A stretch of 64,000 nt of DNA from Amoebidium appalachense. Lineage: Eukaryota; Protista; Ichthyosporea. Under the pieces are notes generated by a model, which was not told where the DNA came from, did not search any database, and saw only the letters and a program-made list of their open reading frames with translations. The translations under genes were made by a program, and so were the position numbers. Shown one piece after another: positions 1-64,000 of this stretch (the first letter of the stretch is position 1; the number at the start of each line of letters is the position of its first letter). The stretch spans positions 9,211,059 to 9,275,058 of the forward strand of contig CAVNZM010000002.1 of assembly GCA_963693365.1 (NCBI GenBank). Reading direction: 5' to 3'.

Positions 1-480
1 CACCCAAAGAACTTTGTTTTGCTAGGGAGCCCGTGTTGATTTCTTTGACTTAACGTGCTTTCTCAAGTATTCTTCCGTTTTGGGGGACGGAGGATGGTCA
101 ATGCATTGTTTCTGTGTAGTACCTTTTTGAACGAGGAGGGGGAGGGGGGGGGATGTTTATTGACGATTTATAAGCCCCTTTTTAGCATAATTCGATGTTT
201 TTGTGTGGGTGTCTTTTTTTTGGGGGGAGGGGGGGGGAGTGGGGGGGCATATGTGTAGGGCGGTGCTGATATATGTAGCAGGAATGCCATACATACACAT
301 TCGTGTGTGTGTGGGTGGGTGTTGTGGGTGTGTGTGTATGTGTGGGTGTGTGGGTGTGTGTGTGTGTGTGTGTCTCCAAATATTGGGCTGTGCTACGGCA
401 TGTATACCTACATGTACATGTTCAAATCTAGGCTACGCTGACATGTGTGTGTATAATTTTTTTTTCTACGCACACTGCAG

Positions 481-1115
481 GGTGACAGCGAAAGCCAATC
501 ACCTGCACCCCTACACACATCCCAAGACGTGCACCGTGTTGGGTTGGTTCTTTCTGCACTGCAGCAGCTGTGTGACCCCCCCGTATCGGTGGAGGTGGTG
601 ATTGCCGCACTGATGGCAACAAGCGGAAACATTGAAGACACATGTTATTTTTTGAAAAACAAGAGACCGAGAGATGGTATGGAGGAGGGAGGGAAGGGGA
701 GGGGGTTGGGAGAGGGAAAGGGGGAAGGATGTTGGATGGGAGGCGTGGGGGGGGGGGGGGAGGGGGGGGGGATGGGGGCGGGAAGGATGGTGGGGTTGGG
801 GGTGAAAGGGGAGGGGGGAAGGGCCCGTGTGGGGGGAGGAGAGGGGGAGGGGGGGGGGGGGGCTCCGTTTGAATGGTTGTTGCACTGGGAGTGTGTCTGT
901 TGTTTGAGTGTGGGGTGGATGGGGTGTGGCAGGGGTATAACCCTTTCCCCCGCCTCCAAAAACACACACACACACTACACATATTCCCCACCCATGCCCC
1001 CCCTTCATGCTCCCTCCTTCCTCCTTCCTCTAACAAATGGTTGCCAACAATCAACCGTGTGGTCTCTCTCTCTCTCCCTCCCTCCCTCCCTCCGTCTCTC
1101 CGTCTCTCCCTCCCT

Positions 1116-1146
<31 letters not shown>

Positions 1147-1205
1147 CCCCCTCTTTCTCTCTCTCCTTCCCTCCCTCCCTCCCTCCCTCTCTCCCTCCCT
1201 CCCTC

Positions 1206-1240
<35 letters not shown>

Positions 1241-1385
1241 TCTCTCTCTCCCTCCCTCCCTCCCTCCCTCCCTCCCTCCCTCCCTCCCTCCCTCCCTCTT
1301 TTTCTTTTTTCTTTTCCTTTTTATTTTTATTGGGGGGGGGGGGGGGGGTTGAGTTTGATTAGGTCGAACACATGGATTCGGCTTT

Positions 1386-1416
<31 letters not shown>

Positions 1417-1704
1417 GGATATGATACTCCACTTTCCCGCCGGTGGTATTCAGTTGGCAAAAGGCATCCTATTGTTGTTGCTGCTGTGTGTGTGTGTGTT
1501 TGGGGGGGGGGGGGGGGGGGGGGGGGGGAGGAGGGCGGCATCCAAAAATAGTGATTCTGACCCAATAAATTTACAGGGACTGTATTTTGGACCTACGAGA
1601 TGGATAGGCCGCTGGATGGGGTCGATGCGGTTGCCATAGCAACACACATACAGGACTTGGGGGAGTCGGAGGTCAACACACGCATAACATTCCTGGAGAC
1701 GTGA
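481..1704 (+). CDS. RAP1: Rap1/TERF2IP-like telomere protein, last two exons (481-676, 1577-1704) encoding the Rap1 C-terminal domain; 5' part lies upstream of the window
   Basis: Canonical cag|...|gt boundaries with a phase-1 join. Translation ...VEVVIAALMATSGNIEDTCYFLKNKRPRD-G-TVFWTYEMDRPLDGVDAVAIATHIQDLGESEVNTRITFLET* follows the Rap1 C-terminal pattern (AL..SG....A..FL....G...W...D..L...G...V..RI.F) and ends at TGA 1702-1704. Confidence 0.75.
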
Positions 1705-1744
1705 TAAGAATATACAACCTGTATATACTGATGGCTATGTGCTC

Positions 1745-1786
<42 letters not shown>

Positions 1787-1787
<1 letters not shown>

Positions 1788-1865
1788 GGCTGCCTTTGCA
1801 GCACACATGCATGACTGGGGGTTGTCGGAGGTCAATACACGCAATACCTTCCTGTAGACGTGATA
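1787..1865 (+). repeat. Degenerate partial duplicate of the Rap1 terminal exon in its 3' flank
   Basis: gcggctgcctttgcagcacac...gtcggaggtcaatacacgc...ttcctgtagacgtgata resembles 1627-1705 (gcggttgccatagcaacacac...gtcggaggtcaacacacgc...ttcctggagacgtgata) and follows a poly-T tract. Confidence 0.7.
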
Positions 1866-2285
1866 CCTTTTTATATAGTGAATTATATCTAGTTTGGGGG
1901 TATTAGACAGGGCTAAGAATGTATATAGTGCAGCTGCCATAAACACGACGATATAGCCGTTGAGATAGCTTCATCGTATATTCAACGAGATATACCGAAT
2001 ACGAAAAGTCATTAGCAGGACTTGTAAAACTTACATGTATGAACTCGGCTACGGGGGTCAACAATTGCTAATTGTTAGCCATGACCTATCCATTGATGAT
2101 TGTATAGTAGAGGCCCCTGATGTATGAATAAGCAGGGTGTTAATATGAGGAACTCCGAAATAATAATTAGTAGATTTTCATAACGGTTTCCGTGTCAATG
2201 TAGTTTGTATATGTAGCTATAGGGCGAGATTCTTTAATTCTCGGGTGTCGTGGTGATGGTGGTGGTGGTTTTTGTGTGTGTGTGT

Positions 2286-2320
<35 letters not shown>

Positions 2321-2853
2321 GTATCCTTTGCTTCCTCTTCTGTTTTCCTTTCTCCTTTTCCTTTCTTTCTTTTTCTTCTCCGCATTTTTTGAAACGACTG
2401 GCTCGCAGACATGTGCACGTATGGTGAACTAAGACGACAGGCACACATGCATATGTAGGCGATTGTACATACTAAATTATACATATCTTCTCTTAAATCT
2501 TCCCATACAGTAATCACGGACTAGGCAGGAGTGTCCCTACTAAGAGTAATAATATATTACATCATATGTTCAAATTCGCGAAGGAGCTTCGGAAGTTTAA
2601 AAATTTTGCGAGCCTGCACATTATCGATGATAATCTCACAAAGCAGCTATATATACTTCGGTGAACACCCGGTACCGGTTAGTGAGCTTTGTGTTTATGA
2701 AGAGCCGGCCGAACTGGGTACATGCCGGTATGTACGAAGCTTCAAGTAGCTAGAAGGGACCAACTGCAAGGGATTCTTAGTTAAGGTTTTGGGCTTGTGA
2801 TGGGGTGGCAACGATGGTGCTGCGTTTTTTTTTTTTTTTTTTTTTTTTTTTTC

Positions 2854-2895
<42 letters not shown>

Positions 2896-2966
2896 GGAGG
2901 GACAGTGCAAAAGCAGGGAGCCCGAGGGACGTGTACTGTGTGGTAAAGTGCGGCAACTTGAGGTGA

Positions 2967-3003
<37 letters not shown>

Positions 3004-3406
3004 GAGAGAGAATTTCAAATCCGTGTACCACGGTGTGTGCGTTTGCATGGGTTGGGGAGGATGGGAGGTGGGAGAGGGGGGAGGGGGCAGAATCATTGTT
3101 TCTGGCGCCGAATATAACATATATGATTCTGTTTTTTGCAATAACTCGCCTCGCAGCGGGTGTAGTTTTCTGCTGAGGTGGCGACTCTATAACATAACGG
3201 ACCGAAGGGACTCGGGGGAGAGGAGGTGGGAGGATGTGTGACAGTGTCTGTCTGTGTGTGTGTATGTGTGTGTGTGAGGTTGGGGACCTAGGTGGGTGGG
3301 GGCCCGGCAGTACTGCGCAGACGTGGGTTGGTGGGTAAGTGGGTTGGGTGGGGAGGGGAGAGGGGGGGGGGGGGAGGGGGGGGGGGGGGGGAGGGGAGGG
3401 GAGGGG

Positions 3407-3832
3407 GATCATTCTGCCTTTTTCAAATTCTGTATATTTCTGTTTTTGCGGAATCATAATAATGATTCATGTACGTCGCGAGCTCGCAGTGTGGTTGGGA
3501 GGCCAGCCTCATCAGCAGAATGAAGTTGCTCCGAGCAGGAATATTTTGCTGGAAGCAGATTTATTCGATATCAGCTTTTAACAGAAATACTCAGCATACG
3601 TAGTCTTATTCTTCTATGAGCGGAATCATTCTGGTTTGAGCACGATTCTGCGTTGAGCAGGATTTACTGTGCGCAGATTAGAAGGAAGAATTATTCAGTC
3701 ACGGCTGCAGAATAAACTTGCTCCAAACAGGGCGAATCTGCTTTTTGCAGAGTAACTAGTAACTAATTCTCAGATACTCTGCTCGGTCAGAGAGCAGAAT
3801 GATTCCGTTCAGGATGATTCTGCTTTTGCTAA
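3407..3832. repeat. Degenerate palindromic GCAGAAT/ATTCTGC repeat array upstream of DNMT paralog A
   Basis: Recurrent gcagaat, gcagatt, attctgc and atctgc units at roughly 20-25 bp spacing; a related unit also occurs at ~3087-3140. Same family as 43480-43890. Confidence 0.6.
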
Positions 3833-4212
3833 ACGGTACGAACACAAACTGACACTAACATGCATGCCCACATGTGCACAAGGCTCTGTCGATTTGGGCC
3901 TACCAGCATTACAATAGTACGCACATGACACACTCACCAGCTGTGGCACACACACACACACGCGCCGCCCACATGTACACATTATCACCCCCACCCCCAC
4001 GCCCAGACGCACACACACACACACAATCGCACGCACACATGCAGGAGGCTCCATACATGTGTCACCATGTGCCGGTTCTCGAAACGGCAGGAAGATTTGC
4101 TCGCCGGGGCTGGGGCCAAAGGCGAGGGTTCGAGGCAATATGATCGGGCTGCGGGGAGATCGATATCTGATTAGTGGTTGTGGCCAACTTGTAGTATGCG
4201 CGAAGGACCCCC

Positions 4213-4273
<61 letters not shown>

Positions 4274-4379
4274 GCGGTCGACCTCTCTCTCCCTCTCTCC
4301 CTCTCTCTCTCTCTCCCCCGCTCCCCCTCCCCACCCCCACTCCCTCCCTCCCTCCCTCCCTCCCTCCCTCCCTTCCTCC

Positions 4380-4640
4380 TTGTGTCGCCATGTGCCGGCT
4401 CTCGACGGCACTCGCAGGCGGTACGTCGCGCATCTGGCCACATGCAGTGGCCAGGTGGCGCTTTTCCCCGGGAATCCAAGGCAGCACCGGATTGGCTACA
4501 GCTTCGCGCCAAAACATGAGGACCAATCGTTCAGCTTTTTAGTAACTAAATTTGGCAATTCAGGAGAGCCACATAAACACGGAGCCGGACCGGCCTGGCC
4601 GGTTGTGCGACTCTGAGGCGCCGGGCGGCCGGCCGGCTCG
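4380..4640 (+). promoter_or_regulatory. Candidate promoter of DNMT paralog A: CpG-rich, with CCAAT boxes flanking an E2F-type site
   Basis: ATTGG at 4491-4495, GCGCCAAA at 4506-4513 (TTTGGCGC on the minus strand) and CCAAT at 4523-4527, about 500 bp upstream of ATG 5005. Confidence 0.4.
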
Positions 4641-5004
4641 TGACCAAGTGCAACTCTTCATGCATGCAGTTTTAGGGGAATTCGTATATACACAACCATC
4701 CATTATACACTCATTTGCGTTTCTGGTGCTTATTACTCTTACCTTGCTTGGCAACCAAGGACAAATCCATACTAAATAGGCGTAAGGACGCATCACAGGT
4801 TTAGTCTCGCATCTATGCAGCGTATTCAACATCGAAGTTCGTGAATATCACAGTCGACGAGGTTGCTGAGTTATCAAGTCTCCTGGTGTGGTATGCTGTA
4901 CCAAAAGTAAAATGAATACCTAAGTTCACAACCTCTGTATTTATATGCTGCTTCTTAAGGTTCAGACGCTCTCACAGCGAGAAAGAGAGGGTGAGATCAT
5001 AAAC

Positions 5005-41098
<36,094 letters not shown>

Positions 41099-42071
41099 GT
41101 CGAGCACCAACGTGCCTACTGCAACAGGCGGGAAGGAAGGGAGGCATAATGAGGACATATAATGTGTTCACATAGGTATGCATTGCTCTACGTTGGGGAC
41201 GGGCGAGATCGTTTTTGTTTTTTTTTTTGTTTTTTTTTTTGGTTTGGGTGAAGGGAAGGGGGGGGGGGGGGGGGGGGGGGTATTTCTCGGTTTTTTTTTA
41301 AGGAAGGGATGGGTGTTTGTTAGCTGTTTGGTTGGAATTCAGCTTGTCGTCATAGAGATATGTTTGTGTAGACAACCTTCACGTTTTTCTCTAATCGCTT
41401 GATTAACTAATCGACTTTTTGGTCTGCTGGTGTATAAAATGATGTAAATGGCAGCTGTAGTGTTGTGACTCGAACAGCTGTAGATGTTGTTAACCGATGG
41501 ACTTTTTTCCCTGTTGTTGAGACGCAGGATTTTAAGCTTTCCTGTACGGTATCTTTTTTGAATTTTAAAGTTTTTAATTGCCATGCAAGCTGACCGTGTA
41601 TGAGTTAAAACTAGTGTTGTGTAATGATTCACATTAGTGAGATGTAAAGCTTCTAACAGAATTTCCATTGAGCCGGATTTTCTGAGATATATCGCGATGG
41701 AATGAGTTGACGCGTATCGAGTTTGAATGGTTTGTCGAGTAGCTTTTAAGACGGGTCTGTATTGTCGAAGTGTCCGTCGAGTGCTCTAATGTATAGAAAC
41801 CTGTTTGCAGTGTTTGAGTATGATCTGTCAAGTTTAGGCAAAGCATTAAAGTTTTTTAAATCGCCTTTAAGACGCTGTCTGATTCCTGAATGAGGGAATG
41901 GTTCTTTTTAACGAAGTAATGGTTGTTGTGATGACGCATGTCGTATGAGCATACGCAGGGCGTATGAGACACTGAAAGATGACGATTGGGGCGGTTGTGA
42001 AGAATAAATTTAAGGCTTGTTTGTTTGGCTGTGTGCAAGGATGCTGCATGTACGTGCGCGTACTCTGTGTG

Positions 42072-42129
<58 letters not shown>

Positions 42130-42304
42130 CGCGCGTGTGCGTGTGCGTGTGCGTGTGCGTGTGTGTGTGCGTGTGCGCGTGCGCGTGTGTGTGTGTGCAC
42201 TGTGCACTGTGCACATGTGTGTGTGTGCGCGCGCGACCACGGATTGGACGTGTGTGCGTGTGTGGGTGGTTTTTTTTTTTTTTTCCGTTTTTTTTTTTTT
42301 TCCT

Positions 42305-42341
<37 letters not shown>

Positions 42342-42612
42342 GAATATACTGGTTCATGGGTTTTTTCCCCCCTCAGATGAGAGGGCCGTGTGTGCGGCAC
42401 TTGAAAATACGTGCTAAAACATACAGACTCTTCAACTGGAACTCCGTACTAATTAGGCTTACACTCGACATACATAACAATTTCACACAATTAAGTAACA
42501 CGCAGTAAACGTATTACAGACATCTGCTTATGTTTGTGCCATACGTACAAGCCCCCCCCCCCCCCCCCCCCCCACCCCCCCTCCAATCCCCACCACCATA
42601 ACCACCCCCCCC

Positions 42613-42660
<48 letters not shown>

Positions 42661-43479
42661 ACCTTCTAACCTCCCCTCCGCCCACCACGACCACCACTAT
42701 GAACCCCCCCCTCCCCCCCCCCTCCCCCCCCCTCCCCCCCCCCCACCACCACCACCACAACCACAACCACAACCATTACCCCCCCCCCCACCACCACGAC
42801 CACCACTGCCGCCACCGACACCACCACCCAAAAAAATACCCCCCGGCCAATGCAATGATGAGAAAGGCCATGAACGTGGTAACAGCTAGCTGTATGCCAA
42901 ACGGTACCTCTCACACCCTAACCCGGCTAGAGATCTCAAACAGTCAAACTTGGGACTGTAAGTATGGGTGGTGGTGGTGATATGGGGATAGGAATGGGAT
43001 GAAGGGACGGGACTCGTGTGTGTCACAGTTGGCAGTTTTTTTTTTTGTTTTTTTTTGTTTTTTTTTTTTTGCGGGGGCAGGGGAGAAGGGGGAGGGGGGG
43101 GGGGGGGGGGGGGGGGGGGCTTTTTGTTTCGGAGCAAACGGGGGGGGGGGGGGGGAGGGGGGGGGGAGATCTGGGGAAGGGGGGGGGGGGGGAGGGGGGG
43201 CTTTTCATCAAAACTTTCACAGGAGCGAGAAAGTGTCTATACCTCCAGGGGAGAGTTGATGGGGTGAGTTGTGCAAAAAACGAAACACAGGGGAGGACGG
43301 AGGCACCTAGGTGTGCACGTTAGGTAAGGGTAGAGGACAGAGCCAAGGGGGCCAGCTGCATCGGCTGACTGACATTAAGTTAGGGGCTAATTACCTTAAG
43401 TTTTCCGGGACCATACCGCCGTGTTCTGAAATGTTTCCGGGGGAGAGGGGGGGGCGGGGGGGGGGGGGGGCAACCACAT

Positions 43480-43890
43480 CAGCTGAATCGACTTGCTCCG
43501 AGCAAAAATTATTATGCAAAAAGCAAATTATTCTGGTAAAAGCAGAAACATTCAGCATAATCATTCTGCAAAAGCAGAATTATTCTGCCAAAAGCAGAAT
43601 TATTCTTCAAACAGCAGAATCAATCTGCTAAAAGCAGAGTTTCTGCCAAAAGCAGAACTATTCTGCTTTGAGCAGAATTATTCCACTTTAAGCAGAATAC
43701 TTCTGCTGTCGAAAACAGGATAATTCTGCTTATTTAAGGAATAATTCTACTAAAAGCAGAATATGTCTGCTAAAAGCATAATGATTCTGCTTATATGCAG
43801 AATAATTCTGCGTTTTGCAGAATAATTCTGCTAAAAGCAATAATTCCACTGTTGCAGAATAAATCTGCTTTTTGCAAGTTGACTCTGCCG
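43480..43890. repeat. Palindromic array of AAAAGCAGAAT(N)ATTCTGC units upstream of DNMT paralog B
   Basis: Repeated gcagaattattctgc, gcagaactattctgc, gcagaataattctgc and gcagaatcaatctgc at ~20 bp period. Confidence 0.85.
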
Positions 43891-45452
43891 ATGTGGTTGG
43901 GTCCTGGGGGGGGGGGGGGGGGGGGGGGGGGGGAGTGCTGCATATTTCCCAACAACCCCTCGGGGCCTATCCAGAAATAAAACAAAACATTAAAGATTGC
44001 CATGAATAAAAAATCATATTATATTGCACTGAGTTACACTTACAGCCAGCTGTATTGTTCTTCAGAATTAGGCAGGGTTATGCAAGCAGGGGTATTCGCC
44101 AAACAAAAGCAATTGATGTGCTTGAGCAGCCTGGCTCGACAAGTTTGAGAAAGTATGCAAGATAAGAACCTTGTGTTGGTGAGAGAAATAATCTGAATCA
44201 GATGTTGTGGTGGGGCACCTCTTTGTGAGTTCCTAAGCTGCACACGAGATACAGGTCCGATAAGGGGGTAAGATTGCGGAACAGACAGATACCCCGACGG
44301 CCGACTTTACCCTAGCCCACCTACTTCTTGCGTTTTCTTTTTTTTTTTTACACTCTTTTTGTTATTACTATTTCTGCTCTTCCGTGGCAAATACAAGACC
44401 GTTATGTACCACCACTGCCACAAACCTCACCCGAATCAGTACCACCATTGAAGATCAACAAAGTATGTACGGTTTGTTTAGGTTTGAGAGAAACAACGAC
44501 GGTAGAAAGTAGGGAAGATTTTTAGGAAACACTCGGCATCGTAATAACAAAAAGAGCGCATATACACACGAAAACAAATTTTCAAGCATGGAAGACGTGA
44601 ATTTTCGTTCAAGCTTTAAGTTATGGAACGAGCGAGAGTCGGTGGGTTCTCAGAAACGTGGGGTAACCCAGAGATGCGATTTGAAAAGAGACGGGCCGTT
44701 AATTGTAACTTTTGTGGGACAATGACCATGAGCCTCAGATTACAATGTCGGGTTTACTGCCCCTTACAGGCCTCCCCCCTCCTCCCCTTCCCCCCAGGCC
44801 TTCCCCCCCCCCCCCCCCCCCCCCCTTCCCCACTCTCCCCTCCCTCCCTCCCGCTGGGGCCGGTGTAATAGTTATGTTGAAAACAGAAGAAGGAAAGAAA
44901 AGGGTGGGTGGGGCGGAGGGGAGGGGGGGGGGAGAAAGGGGGGGGGGGGGGGGGAGGAGGGGGGGGGGGAGAATCCAGGCAGCGCTGATAGGGGATGGGC
45001 TCCAGTTCGCATGGGAAGTTTCTTTCTTTCCAACCCCCCCCCCCCCCTCCCCCCTCCCCCCACCACACACACACACCCCACCCTCCATTTCTCGTTTTAT
45101 TTCCCAATGCCCCTCGAGATAGCTATGTATCACATGTGCTCGTGCTATACATATCTTCTCCAACTTGGTTGAGCAGCGACCAATATCAATTAATAGGACC
45201 AAAGACGATGGTGCTAGATACCCTACTAAACCCTAATGAAAAGGTAAAAAGGTTTGTAGTCAGTGCATGTTCGTACCCTTCGACCATGTGTACATATACA
45301 GATAGCTAGTTACATGTAACAGCTGTGTGTTCTCTCGCAATCGTGGAAGCTTGTACCGCATGACTGCCGTCACTACAGAACGTACACACACATGTATGTA
45401 GGCGCGCGCGCACGTCTGGACGCGAGAGCTTCCACTTCGCACACGCACGCAA

Positions 45453-45539
<87 letters not shown>

Positions 45540-45700
45540 CGTCCACTGTGACAGACACCGTGACCGTGGCAGTGCGGTGGCACGTCACGCTGCGTCGTCG
45601 CACCGGCAGCACCAGCACAACATCGCGCGACTTTTGAAAGTTTTGAAAACAATATTGTGCGATTTGGATTGGCTAATCTAGGCGCCAACACCCTCTAGCT
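45540..45700 (+). promoter_or_regulatory. Candidate promoter of paralog B: CpG-rich, CDE/CHR-like element and CCAAT box
   Basis: CGCGC(45624-28)-4 nt-TTTGAA(45633-38), a second TTTGAA at 45642-47 and ATTGG at 45668-72, about 1 kb upstream of ATG 46661. A tcag acceptor just before that ATG suggests a 5'UTR intron. Confidence 0.35.
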
Positions 45701-46660
45701 TACTGGTGTCCAATGACTGGTAGTTTTCTGCGAAAAGACGAAAAGCATTCAAGCACTCATAATTGTTATAATTTGCTTTGAGTGGCAATAATAAGCCAAG
45801 GAAAAGCGTTAGGGACCTGATTATGATTTAAGACCAGTGCTGTACGGCTGAAGCAAGGTTCTATTATCTACAGGCAGGCTGCAGCCCGCAGCCGCAAGAA
45901 GAAAGTGGCGAAAGTGACCTTCGGAAGCGGGACCCCACGATGGTTAGGCGATCGTGGGAGAATCTATTCTTCTTTTATTAGCCAATCGATGATTTGCGAT
46001 AACGAGGTGTTACGCAACTCTGAACTTCTGAAGCCGGTCGCGCTGCCGCCGCCCAGCGCGTCAAAGCGCCCACGAAAACAGAAGCCTTAAAGTAAAGTGG
46101 AGGCAAGGCGCAACCATTATCGTTTTTGGCCATCTATATGTTCGGGTGAAAGCACATTTATACTTTATTACGGTGATACTTGTTTGTTTGGCAAATATTC
46201 TGGTTACGGACGTGCTTGGCACCAAAGTTTCCTTTTGCCGGGGCCGCCTTGCGTCCATTCACGCTCACCTGGCCTTGAAGATGTGTTAACAATTAGCATC
46301 ATAGCAGTGTGTAACTATTAGCCCAACATTACAATTAAGGTAATAGCAAAGTTCTCTAGTAGAACAGAGAAAAAATCGAGAGAATGTTGTGGGGAAGTAG
46401 CGCATAACTTTTATTTTCCCGATGCCAAACACACACACCCCGACAGACGCTGAGACAAACACAACTGGCCATGACCACCATCAGTTGCATCCGACACATT
46501 CACTGATTTCAAACCACACCCGGGTTTTATAAAGACCAAATGTCGTCGTTGCAAAATAATTGGAGCATCGCAGAACCGCAGAATAGATGAAACAATCAAA
46601 TGCTTTTTCTCATGTTTGCATGGTAATTTATTTTATTTGGCCTGTTCTCAGACCATAGCC

Positions 46661-63568
<16,908 letters not shown>

Positions 63569-63708
63569 GTGGGTAAAACAGTTTTTCTTTTGTGGCAAGA
63601 AAGTTATGGAGGCGGGACAAAAGTGCTAGATTATACAGAATAAAAGTTATTAAGGGGATGTGCGGTGGTGATGGGGGGGAGTGGGGGGAGGGGGTGGGAG
63701 AAGGGAAT

Positions 63709-63744
<36 letters not shown>

Positions 63745-64000
63745 GTAAGAAGATAGCATCAGCGCTGATAGTATCTACGAGGAGAAAAAGTGAGGCAACT
63801 AAAAATGAAGCAGGGAAAGTAGGAAAAGCGGCAGAACACGACAACGGCTGGGATGGTCTAAACTTTCGAGTCGAAACACATCATTGGAAATATCATTAAC
63901 TTGTTCGAATGTTTGGCCACCAGCCTTCGAAGCAGACTCTGCCCCCCCCCCCCCCCCCCCCCCCCTTCTCCCCCCTTCCTTCTCCCCTCCCCCATTTCCA

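Noticed and set aside
41339-41846. Minus-strand ORFs downstream of paralog A
   Set aside because: No recognisable similarity; more likely 3'UTR or intergenic sequence.
43480-43890. CRISPR-like palindromic repeats
   Set aside because: There are no unique spacers, the units are degenerate and abutting, the context is eukaryotic, and no cas genes are present.

Overview
Eukaryotic, intron-rich genomic DNA whose introns are saturated with poly-G/C, (CA/GT)n and (GA/CT)n tracts. Almost all ORFs in the supplied track are artefacts of these repeats. Manual splice reconstruction on the + strand gives three genes. (1) The last two exons of a Rap1/TERF2IP-like gene (Rap1 C-terminal domain). (2) A complete ~33-exon, ~1550-aa DNMT1-like C5 cytosine methyltransferase (5005-41098) with the order acidic disordered N-terminus/SIM, PHD-like finger, helical region, CXXC, BAH, BAH, MTase; it has a much shortened target-recognition domain and no (GK)n linker. 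(3) A diverged tandem paralog with shared intron positions (46661 to beyond the window end). Both paralogs host identical tRNA-Ala(CGC) genes in introns (two sense copies in A, one antisense copy in B). Each is also preceded by a related palindromic GCAGAAT/ATTCTGC array and a CCAAT-containing CpG-rich promoter candidate. Three apparent +1 homopolymer frameshifts in paralog A may be assembly errors. All protein family calls rest on motif recognition by eye, not database searches.
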